NCBI GenBank assembly: GCA_016931155.1
Contig: JAFGFJ010000006.1
Location: forward strand, 141,115-205,114
Direction: 5' to 3'
Source of the DNA: Candidatus Dojkabacteria bacterium
GTDB lineage: Bacteria > Patescibacteriota > Dojkabacteria > B142 > JAFGFJ01
DNA: 64,000 nt
Below are positions 9,707 to 19,332 of this stretch, one piece after another (positions within the stretch are counted from its first letter, which is position 1; every line of letters begins with the position of its first letter). Both the position numbers and the translations under genes were made by a program. Below the pieces are notes generated by a model. That model did not search any database. It saw nothing but the letters and a program-made list of their open reading frames with translations, and was not told the origin of the DNA.

Positions 9707-10846
9707 ATGATGACAATTTTGGCAGTAAATGCAGGAAGTGAGACGATGAAATTTAAAATTTTTGATAAGGAGCTAAATTCTGTCTCTAAGGGAAAAATAT
9801 TTACAAATAATGGAAAGTATTTTTTCAGGATTAATGGGGAAGAAATAGAGACGGGGCAGAAGGAGTATGATAACCCGATGAATTTAATTCGATGCTCGAT
9901 TCAAGCAAAAATAGATAAAGTTGGATTCAGGATAGTTCACGGCGGAGAAAAATATCTTGATCCGATCCTTCTTACAGATAGGGTTGTTTCTGAAATTGAA
10001 GAACTAAATGACCTTGCTCCGCTTCATAATCCGCCTGCACTTAAGAGAGTAAAGGAATTTAAAGAGCAATTCCCGTCCGTCCCTGTTTATGGTGTTTTTG
10101 ATACTGCTTTTCACAAATCTATCCCTAAAAAAGCTTATTTGTACGGGCTTCCTTACGATTTTTACGAAAAATATAGAATTAGAAAATATGGATTTCATGG
10201 GATATCAAACAGGTTTGTTCTGGATGAATTGAATATAATTGAGCCCGGGCATTCGAGGGTAATAGTATGCCATCTCGGAGGAGGTTCAAGTATTACGGCT
10301 ATTAAGGATGGAAGGTCGATTGATACATCGATGGGATTTACGCCGCTTGATGGCTTGATGATGGCAACAAGAAGTGGGGATGTCGATGATGGTGTTGTTT
10401 TCCATTTGAACAGGAAGTTTCGACTTTCTCTTGATATGATAGCTGATATTGAAAATAACAATAGTGGCTTATTGGGCATTTCTGAAATAAGTGACGATAT
10501 GAGGGTGTTGCTTACAGAGGAAGGAAAAGGGAATATTAGAGCAAAACTTGCAATTGAAATGTATATTTATAGAGTACAAAAGTATATTGGTAGTTTTACT
10601 ACCGCTCTCGGAGGAGTTGATGTACTTGTTTTTACTGCCGGGATAGGAGAGGGATCTGATATTATCAGAAAAAGAATATGTGAAAATTTGTCTTTGTTTG
10701 GGATTGAAATTTCTGACTCTCTAAATGAAGGTAAAAAAAATGTAAGAGAAAATCTGAAAATTTCAAAGAATATTTCCAAGTCTGTCTGGGTAATTCCAAC
10801 GGATGAGGAACTTCAAATTGCAAGAGAAATAAGTACCCTAGAATAA
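9707..10846 (+). CDS. ackA: Acetate kinase
   Basis: VNAGS, RIVHGG, APLHNP, FDTAFH, YGFHG, DTSMGFTPLDG, PTDEE; adjacent to xfp. Confidence 0.97.
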   Translation: MMTILAVNAGSETMKFKIFDKELNSVSKGKIFTNNGKYFFRINGEEIETGQKEYDNPMNLIRCSIQAKIDKVGFRIVHGGEKYLDPILLTDRVVSEIEELNDLAPLHNPPALKRVKEFKEQFPSVPVYGVFDTAFHKSIPKKAYLYGLPYDFYEKYRIRKYGFHGISNRFVLDELNIIEPGHSRVIVCHLGGGSSITAIKDGRSIDTSMGFTPLDGLMMATRSGDVDDGVVFHLNRKFRLSLDMIADIENNNSGLLGISEISDDMRVLLTEEGKGNIRAKLAIEMYIYRVQKYIGSFTTALGGVDVLVFTAGIGEGSDIIRKRICENLSLFGIEISDSLNEGKKNVRENLKISKNISKSVWVIPTDEELQIAREISTLE

Positions 10847-10901
10847 ATTGAATCAGAAGAAGACTGATCGAAGTCAAGCAAGAAAGGAGACAGGTATTCT
10901 C

Positions 10902-11291
10902 CTATTGTCCTTTTTTTATTAGCAAAGTAGCAAGTATTATTAAGGCAAGAGCCAAAGATGCTATCCCGCTATACAAGATATATGTTGCTGTTTGCTGACT
11001 TACAGTTTTAAGAGGTTTTGGGATTATTGAATCAACTGCTCCCAGAACGTCATTTTTTGAATGTGTATTTTCTGGATTGCTGGTTTTTGTTATAGAAACG
11101 CCCTGAATCTCTCCTGTATAAGTTGCAACAGGCTTTACTTCTTTATTGTTTTTGTAAAGAGTATAGAGTTCAACAGGAAGTACAAACATTGCCAGAAATA
11201 TTACAATGATCGCTACTATCTGATGAAGGTTTGTATCAATTGTAATTCCTTCCTTGTGCTCTACTTCCTCTTTTTCTGGTTTTCTTTTCAT
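10902..11291 (-). CDS. Small two-TM membrane protein
   Basis: Two hydrophobic helices flanking a polar linker containing GEIQG and VLGA. Confidence 0.65.
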   Translation of the reverse strand: MKRKPEKEEVEHKEGITIDTNLHQIVAIIVIFLAMFVLPVELYTLYKNNKEVKPVATYTGEIQGVSITKTSNPENTHSKNDVLGAVDSIIPKPLKTVSQQTATYILYSGIASLALALIILATLLIKKGQ

Positions 11292-11361
11292 GTCTCTATC
11301 TACATTCTATGCAGATAGGATTGAATTGTCTAGAGCTATTCCTCAGGATACCACGATTCTT

Positions 11362-12435
11362 CTATTTGCTATCAATGTATTGTTTTTTATTTTCATTATG
11401 CTCGCTTAATGTTTTTGCATAATGAATCTGCCCATCATTCCCGTGGAGATAGTAAAAGTATTCATTTTTACCAGGATAAATCACTGCATTAATCGAATCA
11501 ATTCCGGGATTTGAGATTGGAGTCGGTGTAAGTCCTGGGTATTTGTATGTATTGTAAAGGGAATCTTTTTCTTTCAAGAGAAATGCATTTGCTTTCCAGT
11601 CTTTCTTCTCGTAAAGAAGAGCGGCATCAACCTGAAGAAGTTTTACTCCATCCAGTTCACCTTTGAGTCTTTTCAATAAAACGTCTGCTATTTCGTGTTT
11701 TTCATCTTTTGTAAAAGCCTCTCTCTCTATTATTGAAGCAAGTATGAGCGTTTCATAAAAATTTAAATTACTTTTTTCTATGGCAGCATAATCTTCATCC
11801 TTGAATTTTGAAATAAGAGTAGTTATCAGTCTTTCTATTGCCTGCTGTGTAGTGATGTTTTTTGCAAAATTGTAGGTGTCAGGATATAAAAATCCTTCGA
11901 GTGACTTCTTTTCAGGTTTATAAGCAGTAAGAAAATCTCTAATAGATGATGAAAATGTATAATTGTCTGGATTCTTGACCATATCATCGAAATCAGACCT
12001 AACAAATTTGGACTGATTGCCTTGTAGTTTTTCCTCAAGTATTGTTCCAACTTCATCCATTCTGAGTCCTTCGGGTATTGTTATCCAGACAGTATCATCT
12101 GCAGTTGCATTCTGTAGAGCATTGGCTATCTCAACAATTGTCATATTCCTTTTAAGCACGAAAGTGCCTGCTTTTATCTCCGGGATCAAATTGTTTAGTC
12201 TTAAATACCAGTAGAAAGCGTCAACATTATTGATAAGCCCTTCATTTTTCAGTTCCCTTGCTGTGGTATTAATATCCTGTCCAAGTTTAATCTCGAATCT
12301 TACTACCTCCTCAGAAGAGCTTGCTGGAGTATTTACTGTCTTGATGTACCATTGTCTTGTAAAGAAAAATCCTACTCCTGCAAGTATGATCAGGATAAAA
12401 AGAATTATTAGTAATGCATTGACAAATTTTTTCAT
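11362..12435 (-). CDS. mltG: Endolytic transglycosylase MltG (YceG family)
   Basis: N-terminal TM, TIPEG, LEGFLYPDTY, LASIIERE (catalytic Glu), YNTYKYPGLTPTPISNPG. Confidence 0.95.
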   Translation of the reverse strand: MKKFVNALLIILFILIILAGVGFFFTRQWYIKTVNTPASSSEEVVRFEIKLGQDINTTARELKNEGLINNVDAFYWYLRLNNLIPEIKAGTFVLKRNMTIVEIANALQNATADDTVWITIPEGLRMDEVGTILEEKLQGNQSKFVRSDFDDMVKNPDNYTFSSSIRDFLTAYKPEKKSLEGFLYPDTYNFAKNITTQQAIERLITTLISKFKDEDYAAIEKSNLNFYETLILASIIEREAFTKDEKHEIADVLLKRLKGELDGVKLLQVDAALLYEKKDWKANAFLLKEKDSLYNTYKYPGLTPTPISNPGIDSINAVIYPGKNEYFYYLHGNDGQIHYAKTLSEHNENKKQYIDSK

Positions 12436-12476
12436 TATATTCTTCGATAAATTTTAAATAGGTAGAGGTGATTTTA

Positions 12477-12866
12477 TCACTGTTCTGATGAATTTAAAAA
12501 TTCCTGCAGGATAATTGCAGCTGCCTGATCATCAATATCTTTCCGTCCATTACTATTCTTCTCAGCAATTTTACTTGATAGATATTCATCCCAAAAAATA
12601 ATCCTTGTAGTAATTTTTTTGTTTAATTCTTCAGCAAAGTCCTTTATGAGATTTGCCTCCTTTCCGTGACTTCCATCGGGCTTGAGAGGTATACCTATCA
12701 GAATTTGCTGCACTTTCAGTTTATTGTATATTCTGGCAATTTCTTCTATTGCCTCTTTATTGGTTCTTCCCTTGATTATTTTTATCGGTGCTGCTGCAAT
12801 TCCAAGCTCATCAGAAACAGCAATTCCAATTCTTTTTGTTCCAAAATCAATTGCAAGAGTTTTCAT
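12477..12866 (-). CDS. ruvX: YqgF/RuvX family nuclease
   Basis: LAIDFGTKRIGIAVSD, WDEYLSS, DDQAAAIILQ; usual synteny with mltG. Confidence 0.93.
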   Translation of the reverse strand: MKTLAIDFGTKRIGIAVSDELGIAAAPIKIIKGRTNKEAIEEIARIYNKLKVQQILIGIPLKPDGSHGKEANLIKDFAEELNKKITTRIIFWDEYLSSKIAEKNSNGRKDIDDQAAAIILQEFLNSSEQ

Positions 12867-13010
12867 TATTTTATGAGAAAGCAGCAGAACAGTAAATAAC
12901 TTGTACAGTTTTTGTATTAGAGAGTGAATTTTAACATAATCATGGGGGTTCTGTTTCTGTATTCTATATATCTGAAAATTTTGTTTTTATTAAATATGTT
13001 CTGCATTTTC

Positions 13011-13019
13011 TGTTATAAT
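13011..13019 (+). promoter_or_regulatory. Extended -10 promoter for pnp
   Basis: TG-T-TATAAT directly upstream of the pnp leader hairpin. Confidence 0.6.
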
Positions 13020-13030
13020 CGTTCGACTAA

Positions 13031-13159
13031 TGCTTTTTTGAGGAAACGGGTGGTGAGGATTGACAGGAGAAATTAGTAAGGAGTCTATTTCAGGGGATCC
13101 GGGAAAAAGACTTCCTGCTAATTTATTCAAGATTCCCCGCTTCAGTTCTTCACAAAGCA
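13031..13159 (+). promoter_or_regulatory. Long imperfect hairpin in the pnp 5' leader
   Basis: TGCTTT/AAAGCA, TGAGGAA/TTCTTCA, GGGTGG/CCGCTT and AAATTAGTAAGGAGTCT/AGACTTCCTGCTAATTT; G-U pairs favour the + strand. Confidence 0.65.
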
Positions 13160-13188
13160 AAATATTTATATTTTGTTTAAGTCTAAAG

Positions 13189-15318
13189 ATGAATAAAAAA
13201 ATCACAAAGACCTTTAGTTTTAATGGTCAGGAAATTATCTTTGAAACCGGGCATATCGGGTTTCGTGCTGACTCTGCACTAACTATCAGGCAGGGTGAGA
13301 CTGTTCTTATGATATTTGTTACTGCAAGTGACAAGCCTTCAGAGTTGGATTATTTCCCTCTGGGAATAACTTACTTCGAAAAGGACTATGCAGCAGGTAT
13401 TATTTCAGGATCCAGATATATAAAGAGAGAAAGGAGACCTTCTGATGAGAATATTGTAAAGGGAAGGGAAATTGATCGTGCACTTCGTCCGCTTTTTCCT
13501 GAAGGATTTAAAAATGAGGTTAACGTTGTAATAAATGTGATGGCATATGATGGAATTAATGACCCTGTTGATCTTGGGATTACTGGTGCTTCTCTTGCTC
13601 TTATGTTGTCCTCTGTACCTTTCGAGGGTCCGGTTTCAGGTATTACGATTGGTATGGATGAAAAGGGAGAATTAAAAGTTAATCCGAGTCTGGAGGAATT
13701 AAAAACTTCCAGCCTTGATGCATCTTTTGGAGTAAATGAAGTTGGAATCACTATGCTTGAGGTTGGGGCAAATATTGTAAAAGAGGAGGAGATGAGTAAA
13801 GCATTTGAGCTTGCCTATAAAGAAGGTCAAAAGCTTATTGGGTGGCAGAAAGAAATTGCAAAAGAACTGGGAAAAGAGAAAATGCAGTTTGAGCCTTTCA
13901 AGCCCGGTAAAGTACTTGTAAAGAAAATAGAAGAGAAATATGCAAAAGAAATTGAATATGCTCTTTTCAATGATGATGACAGAAGGAGTATGCTTCGTGA
14001 AATTGAAGCAAAAGCTGTTGAGGAAATAAGAACAGAAAAAGGGTTTGAGGAAGAGAGCCCTTTTCTTATAGTTGAGGCTGTGAATAAAGTAGCGAAAAAA
14101 ATTACGAGGCATTCTATGCTTAAGGAGAAGAAAAGGCTTTCAAACAGAGCAATGGATGAAGTCCGTGTACTTGATGTAGAGGCAGGAGTTCTTCCGAGAG
14201 TGCATGGTTCTGCTCTTTTCTCCCGTGGAATAACTCAGGTAATGTCAGTTGCAACACTTGGTTCGGTAAGGCTGGTTCAAACTCTGGAAGGACTGGAAGG
14301 TGAGGAAAGTAAAAGATATATTCATCATTACAATGGACCCAGATATTCACTTGGAGAAGCCGGAAGGTTTGAGTTTTATCCCGGAAATAGAGAAATCGGT
14401 CATGGGGCAATGGCGGAGAAGGCATTACTTCCGGTTATTCCCCCAATGGATGAGTTTCCATATGCAATTCGTGTTGTTTCCGAAATTCTTTCACAAAGCG
14501 GATCAAGCTCACAAGCCGCAACTTGTGGATCATCTCTTGCCCTTATGGATGCTGGCGTTCCGATAAAAGCTCCCGTTGGTGGCATTGCAATCGGTTTAGT
14601 AACTGGTGAAACACAGGATGAATTTCAGCTGGTAACGGATATGCAGGATGTGGAAGATTTCTATGGCGATATGGATTTCAAGGTAATGGGGACAATGGAA
14701 GGAATTACTGCTATTCAGATGGATAATAAGTTGAACGGTGTGAAAGTTGAGATTTTACAAAAGGCATTGATAGAGGCAAAGAAAGGAAGAGAAGTTGTGC
14801 TGGAAGCGATGATAAAGATAATAGCTGAACCGAGGAACAATCTTTCTAAATACGCTCCTAAGGTTGAAATTGTTAAGATTAACCCGGCAAAGATTGGTGA
14901 ACTCATTGGACCTGGAGGGAAGAATATCAAGAAGATGGCTGAAATTCTTGGAGACGGTGTCGATATTAACATTGAGGATACGGGAGATGTTTTTGTAACA
15001 ACTTCTGATACTGAACTAATGGCGAAGGCAGTTCAGATGATAAAAGCTGTGGTGGAAGAGGCAGAAGTTGGGAAAGTATACGAAGGTACTATTGACAGGA
15101 TTGAAAACTACGGTGCATTTGTTGATGTCAGTCCTGCAATATCAGGTCTCATTCATGTCTCGGAAATGGCGGATGGATTTGTAAAAGATCCAAATGCTAT
15201 TGTAAAGCTGGGGCAGAAAGTGAGAGCAAAAGTAATACGAATTGATGAACAGGGTAAGGTCAGCATGACACTAAAAGGAATAGATCAAGTTTCAAAAGCT
15301 GAATCAGATAGAGCTTAA
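13189..15318 (+). CDS. pnp: Polyribonucleotide nucleotidyltransferase (PNPase)
   Basis: Two RNase PH domains (IDRALRPLFP, HGSALFSRG, GDMDFKV), KH (IGELIGPGGK), S1 (YGAFVD...LIHVSEM). Start moved from TTG 13060 to ATG 13189. Confidence 0.97.
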   Translation: MNKKITKTFSFNGQEIIFETGHIGFRADSALTIRQGETVLMIFVTASDKPSELDYFPLGITYFEKDYAAGIISGSRYIKRERRPSDENIVKGREIDRALRPLFPEGFKNEVNVVINVMAYDGINDPVDLGITGASLALMLSSVPFEGPVSGITIGMDEKGELKVNPSLEELKTSSLDASFGVNEVGITMLEVGANIVKEEEMSKAFELAYKEGQKLIGWQKEIAKELGKEKMQFEPFKPGKVLVKKIEEKYAKEIEYALFNDDDRRSMLREIEAKAVEEIRTEKGFEEESPFLIVEAVNKVAKKITRHSMLKEKKRLSNRAMDEVRVLDVEAGVLPRVHGSALFSRGITQVMSVATLGSVRLVQTLEGLEGEESKRYIHHYNGPRYSLGEAGRFEFYPGNREIGHGAMAEKALLPVIPPMDEFPYAIRVVSEILSQSGSSSQAATCGSSLALMDAGVPIKAPVGGIAIGLVTGETQDEFQLVTDMQDVEDFYGDMDFKVMGTMEGITAIQMDNKLNGVKVEILQKALIEAKKGREVVLEAMIKIIAEPRNNLSKYAPKVEIVKINPAKIGELIGPGGKNIKKMAEILGDGVDINIEDTGDVFVTTSDTELMAKAVQMIKAVVEEAEVGKVYEGTIDRIENYGAFVDVSPAISGLIHVSEMADGFVKDPNAIVKLGQKVRAKVIRIDEQGKVSMTLKGIDQVSKAESDRA

Positions 15319-15325
15319 TACTTTT

Positions 15326-17089
15326 ATGGTTAGTACAGTTTTCGCAAAAGGAAAAAGGCTCCTTTCTATGGAGCAGAGTGGAATCCTTTCAACGGCCGTA
15401 CTGTTGATGGTCTTGAACTTGATCACCAAATTCGCAGGATTCTTTTTTCTTGCAATAGCTGCTTCTACGGTTGGAGCAAACAGATCTTCAGATATATTCT
15501 TTGCGGCAAATACCCTTCCTGAGCTTATTTCCAATGTAATTCTTTTTGGAGCAATTTCAGTATCGGTTGTACCGGTTCTTATTGACGTATTAAACAAAGA
15601 AGGTGAGAAGAGTTTTTTGCGTGTACTAAATTCCATAATGAATATGAGTCTTCTTTTCTTTTCATTTATAGGAATTTTGCTTGCTGTTTTTGCACGGGAT
15701 ATATTTCCTTTCTTTCTTCAAAATGTAATTAATCCTATTGATCCGTTCACACTCGCTGAGATAGAGGAAATAGTTAACATAACGAGGGTTCTCCTTATAC
15801 CGCAAATTGTGCTTGGAATATCAACTTTCGTCTCTAGTGGACTATATTCGAAAAACAGAATTATACTTCCTCAGATTGCACCACTTTTTTATAATTTTGG
15901 AAGAATAGTTGGAACCTTGCTTTTTGTCTCTGTTTTTCATATGGGTATATGGGGACTTGTATGGTCAACTCTGGTTGGCTCAATTTTTCACTTGATAGTA
16001 CAATTGCCTATCGCACAGGAACTGGGGATTAGATATCTTACTGTACTTGATCTTAAAAGTCGTGCTGTGAGAGAGGCTATTACTCTGGGTATTCCCAGGG
16101 TTTTAAGTATTGCAACTGAACAAATAGCTCTCACAGTGGATCAGTTTATAGCTCTTGGGCTTGTTGCAGGCTCTACTACCACTTTTTATTTTGCTGTAAG
16201 ACTCATCTCGATTCCACTTGCTGTATTCGGAAGTACTTTTGCAACAGCAGTTTTCCCTTCACTTTCGGATGCATTTTCCAAAAGGAATATGTCAAAATTT
16301 TCAGTTATTTTGCATAGTGCTATTAATAATATATTCTTTCTTGCCATTCCAACGTCTGTTGTTCTCCTTGTTCTTAGGGTGCCACTTGTCAGGTTGACGT
16401 TCGGTATTTTTGATAAAAGTACTTTCGGTTTTGATAGTACATACATGACAGCATGGATAGTTCTTTTCTTCTCATTTGGGCTTGGGTTTGAGTCTCTTAG
16501 AACGATTTTATACAGGACATTTTATGCAGCACACGACTCAATAAGACCTTTTTTCTCTGCGGTATTTGTTGTAGTTGGGGGAATTATTACAGGTATTCTA
16601 TTTACCAATTATTTCAGTCATTTTGACCATTTTAGTTTAAGAGAAGTGACCTTTAATTTCAGTTATTTCTTTAGCAAGGCAGGGGGGAGAGCAGGTGTTG
16701 GAGGACTTGCTCTGAGTTCGAGCCTTATCTATTTTATCGAGTTTGTGATACTTATCCTGATGCTTAATAAAAGAATTATTAAAGTCAATTTTAAAAATCT
16801 TATTATTTCTTTTGGAAAAAAGTTCTTTTCAGCAATAGTGATGGGACTCCTGCTATACAGTCTCTTCAAACTTTGGGATGATGTCTTGGATGTTGCAAGA
16901 ACCATTAATCTTTTTATCTTGACTTCGTCAACTATTATCTCCGGTCTCATGGTTTATGTCTGGATCAGCTACCTTTTGAATGATGAAGATGTAAGCTTGC
17001 TTGCAAAATTGATAAGAAAAATTGGAGGTGCTTTTAAGAAAAGCGGACAAAAGCACAAGATGTTGGCTCCAGATACTGAGCTAGACTAG
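15326..17089 (+). CDS. murJ: Lipid II flippase MurJ/MviN
   Basis: About 14 TMs; DIFFAANTLPELI, AVRLISIPLAVFG, ATAVFPSLS, RTFYAAHDS. Confidence 0.9.
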   Translation: MVSTVFAKGKRLLSMEQSGILSTAVLLMVLNLITKFAGFFFLAIAASTVGANRSSDIFFAANTLPELISNVILFGAISVSVVPVLIDVLNKEGEKSFLRVLNSIMNMSLLFFSFIGILLAVFARDIFPFFLQNVINPIDPFTLAEIEEIVNITRVLLIPQIVLGISTFVSSGLYSKNRIILPQIAPLFYNFGRIVGTLLFVSVFHMGIWGLVWSTLVGSIFHLIVQLPIAQELGIRYLTVLDLKSRAVREAITLGIPRVLSIATEQIALTVDQFIALGLVAGSTTTFYFAVRLISIPLAVFGSTFATAVFPSLSDAFSKRNMSKFSVILHSAINNIFFLAIPTSVVLLVLRVPLVRLTFGIFDKSTFGFDSTYMTAWIVLFFSFGLGFESLRTILYRTFYAAHDSIRPFFSAVFVVVGGIITGILFTNYFSHFDHFSLREVTFNFSYFFSKAGGRAGVGGLALSSSLIYFIEFVILILMLNKRIIKVNFKNLIISFGKKFFSAIVMGLLLYSLFKLWDDVLDVARTINLFILTSSTIISGLMVYVWISYLLNDEDVSLLAKLIRKIGGAFKKSGQKHKMLAPDTELD

Positions 17090-17096
17090 TCGAAAT

Positions 17097-17125
17097 TTGC
17101 AGAGAGCAGTCTTCTGATATACTAT
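17097..17125 (+). promoter_or_regulatory. Putative sigma70 promoter
   Basis: TTGCAG-N17-TACTAT, overlapping TG-A-TATACT. Confidence 0.45.
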
Positions 17126-17160
17126 TATTCTGGAAAGTAATTTATGAAGAAATAATTTAA

Positions 17161-18393
17161 ATGTCCACGCCGGATTCTTCGGGAAAAAACCAAAATCCAT
17201 TTGGGACTCCATCAGTCCAGCAAAACGGCACAGATAACTCTTCTGCTTCTGGGAATATTGCTGTTACGAATGCATCATCTGATGAATCAGTATCAACTGT
17301 ATCATCTGTATTACCTGATAAATCAACGTCTCCCGATGTATCTCCAGCTCCAGCTACAGGCGTAGGATCCGATCGAGCAGGTATTGGGGCTCAAGCGCAA
17401 GGAGTAGTTCCGGAAGAGACATCTCGGAGCAGTACGTCTCCGGGCACACCTATAAATGCTGTACCACAAGGTAGTGTATCTTCAAATGGAGTATCCCCAA
17501 CAGGATTATCTCCTGTTGCTGCACCTCCAGACAGTTCATCAGTTGATACTCTGCCGGTTTCTGCTTCTACCCAGACAATTCCAAATACGGTGGGAGGAAT
17601 GACGGACAATCCAATACCACAGTCAAACGGTAATGGAGGACTTCCTCCAATTTCTGATACTCCGCCGGCTGATCTGGGAAATAAAGACGAAAAAGAGGAA
17701 GATGATGAGAAAGATGAGCCTCAAGTTGTTGAGAGAGTTATTATTAAAGAAAAAGGAGGGGGTCTTGGATGTTTCGGTTTAATAAAGCGGATTACGTGTT
17801 TTATTTTATTGATTTTTCTCCTCCTGGTAACAGCTGTTGTTGCTTTAATTATTTTCAAACCTCCATTTCTTACAGAGCCACTAAAAATGTATTTAAACGG
17901 AAATTACAAGCCTGATAAGACATCTGAGGGCATAACCTCTATATCAGTGGAAAGTTATATCGATGAGGTTACAAGTCCAACGAATGGGGAGGTTACTTTT
18001 CAGCTGACTGAAGATCAGCTTACTACTCTGGTCAGGGCTCGACTTGCAGATGGAGCCGATGTGAGGGTCGGCCTTGAGGAAGAGAAAATACAGATATTTG
18101 TTGATGTTGCTGAGCAGGGAGAACCACTGTGGGTCATTGTTGAACTCACCGATACTGAAGATAAACTTGTTTTTTCCAGAATTGGTTTTGGAAAGATCAA
18201 TACACCCGAGTCCCTTCGAGAATTTGTAAAAGAGAGGGCATTTGGTCTTATGGGAACAGTAATTAAGGATCTGGAATTGGGCACAAGTGAACAGCTTATA
18301 AGTAGTTTAGCAGGTGGTGAAATAAGTAGTAGTGTTGTAATTAAGGATGTAAAATTTGCGAAAGATCTAGTTTTGGTCACAGTTGAACTTTGA
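17161..18393 (+). CDS. Bitopic membrane protein with long S/T/P-rich disordered N-terminus
   Basis: About 190 aa low-complexity region, one TM (CFILLIFLLLVTAVVALII), then a beta-rich domain (FQLTEDQLTTL) reminiscent of YpmS/LmeA-like folds. Confidence 0.7.
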   Translation: MSTPDSSGKNQNPFGTPSVQQNGTDNSSASGNIAVTNASSDESVSTVSSVLPDKSTSPDVSPAPATGVGSDRAGIGAQAQGVVPEETSRSSTSPGTPINAVPQGSVSSNGVSPTGLSPVAAPPDSSSVDTLPVSASTQTIPNTVGGMTDNPIPQSNGNGGLPPISDTPPADLGNKDEKEEDDEKDEPQVVERVIIKEKGGGLGCFGLIKRITCFILLIFLLLVTAVVALIIFKPPFLTEPLKMYLNGNYKPDKTSEGITSISVESYIDEVTSPTNGEVTFQLTEDQLTTLVRARLADGADVRVGLEEEKIQIFVDVAEQGEPLWVIVELTDTEDKLVFSRIGFGKINTPESLREFVKERAFGLMGTVIKDLELGTSEQLISSLAGGEISSSVVIKDVKFAKDLVLVTVEL

Positions 18394-19298
18394 TATATCT
18401 AATCCACGGGGACAATTACTTTGAAAGCGGAGAAGAACTTAGGAGTCTGGTTTACGAGTATAATCAGAAATTTTCCGATGCTGAAGTTGAGGTAAAACAT
18501 GGAGATGAGGCTAATACATTAAACGATCTTTTTTCCGGATTAGATACAATTTCTCTTTTTTCTACAAGAAAGCTTTTAGTCGTTAAAAGATTATTTTCAA
18601 ATAAAAAAAAATCTATTTTGTCAGAGACGGCAGATTTTTTGTCTGAGCGGAAAAAAATGACTTTAGTTTTATGGGAAGAAAAATCTGCTGATAAGAGATC
18701 AAAATTATTTAAGCTAATTAGTAAAATTGGAGTAGTCAGGGAATTTGAAATCAGGAAACCAGCAGCTCTGAGAAGCTGGTTTTTGGATCAGGCGGAGAAA
18801 AAGAAAATAGAATTTAAGTCGGGTCTTGCAGATCAGATTATTTTTAGAGTTGGAGAAAATGAGGCAGTTCTTTCCAACGAACTGGATAAATTGAAATTAT
18901 TTCTTGAAGCGGAAGGAAGAAAAGAAATAACGGAAAATGATATTGAGAATCTTGTTGAAAGCAGAGAGGCAAATATCTGGGAATTTATTGATTCGCTTGT
19001 TGAAAGAAATCGCAAAAAGGCTTTATTTCAAATTGAAAAACTAATTCGAGATAAAACTGACTATATTCAAACAGTCGGAATGATTGCCAGGGAGTTAAGA
19101 ATGCTTGCCCTTTCAGACTACAAAGAAAAGCTTGGCCTTCATCCCTTTGTCCTTTCAAAGTTGAAAAAGCATGCCGGAAATTTTACAAAAGAAAAAATTA
19201 AGGAAATGTATAAAAAGCTTGTTGGACTGGATTTTTCCGTGAAACAGGGAAGAATAGATGAGAAACTTGGTCTTAGTTTATATGTTATCAGTGTTTAA
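18390..19298 (+). CDS. holA: DNA polymerase III delta subunit
   Basis: MIYLIHGDNYF, SLFSTRKLLVVK, NELDKLKLF, IWEFIDSL, LHPFV, LDFSVKQG. Confidence 0.9.
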   Translation: MIYLIHGDNYFESGEELRSLVYEYNQKFSDAEVEVKHGDEANTLNDLFSGLDTISLFSTRKLLVVKRLFSNKKKSILSETADFLSERKKMTLVLWEEKSADKRSKLFKLISKIGVVREFEIRKPAALRSWFLDQAEKKKIEFKSGLADQIIFRVGENEAVLSNELDKLKLFLEAEGRKEITENDIENLVESREANIWEFIDSLVERNRKKALFQIEKLIRDKTDYIQTVGMIARELRMLALSDYKEKLGLHPFVLSKLKKHAGNFTKEKIKEMYKKLVGLDFSVKQGRIDEKLGLSLYVISV

Positions 19299-19332
19299 TG
19301 TTCCCGCTGCTAACATGATAAGATAATACAAT

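Noticed and set aside
13060-13188. 43-aa N-terminal extension of PNPase in the ORF track
   Set aside because: It coincides with the leader hairpin; PNPase homology begins at ATG 13189.
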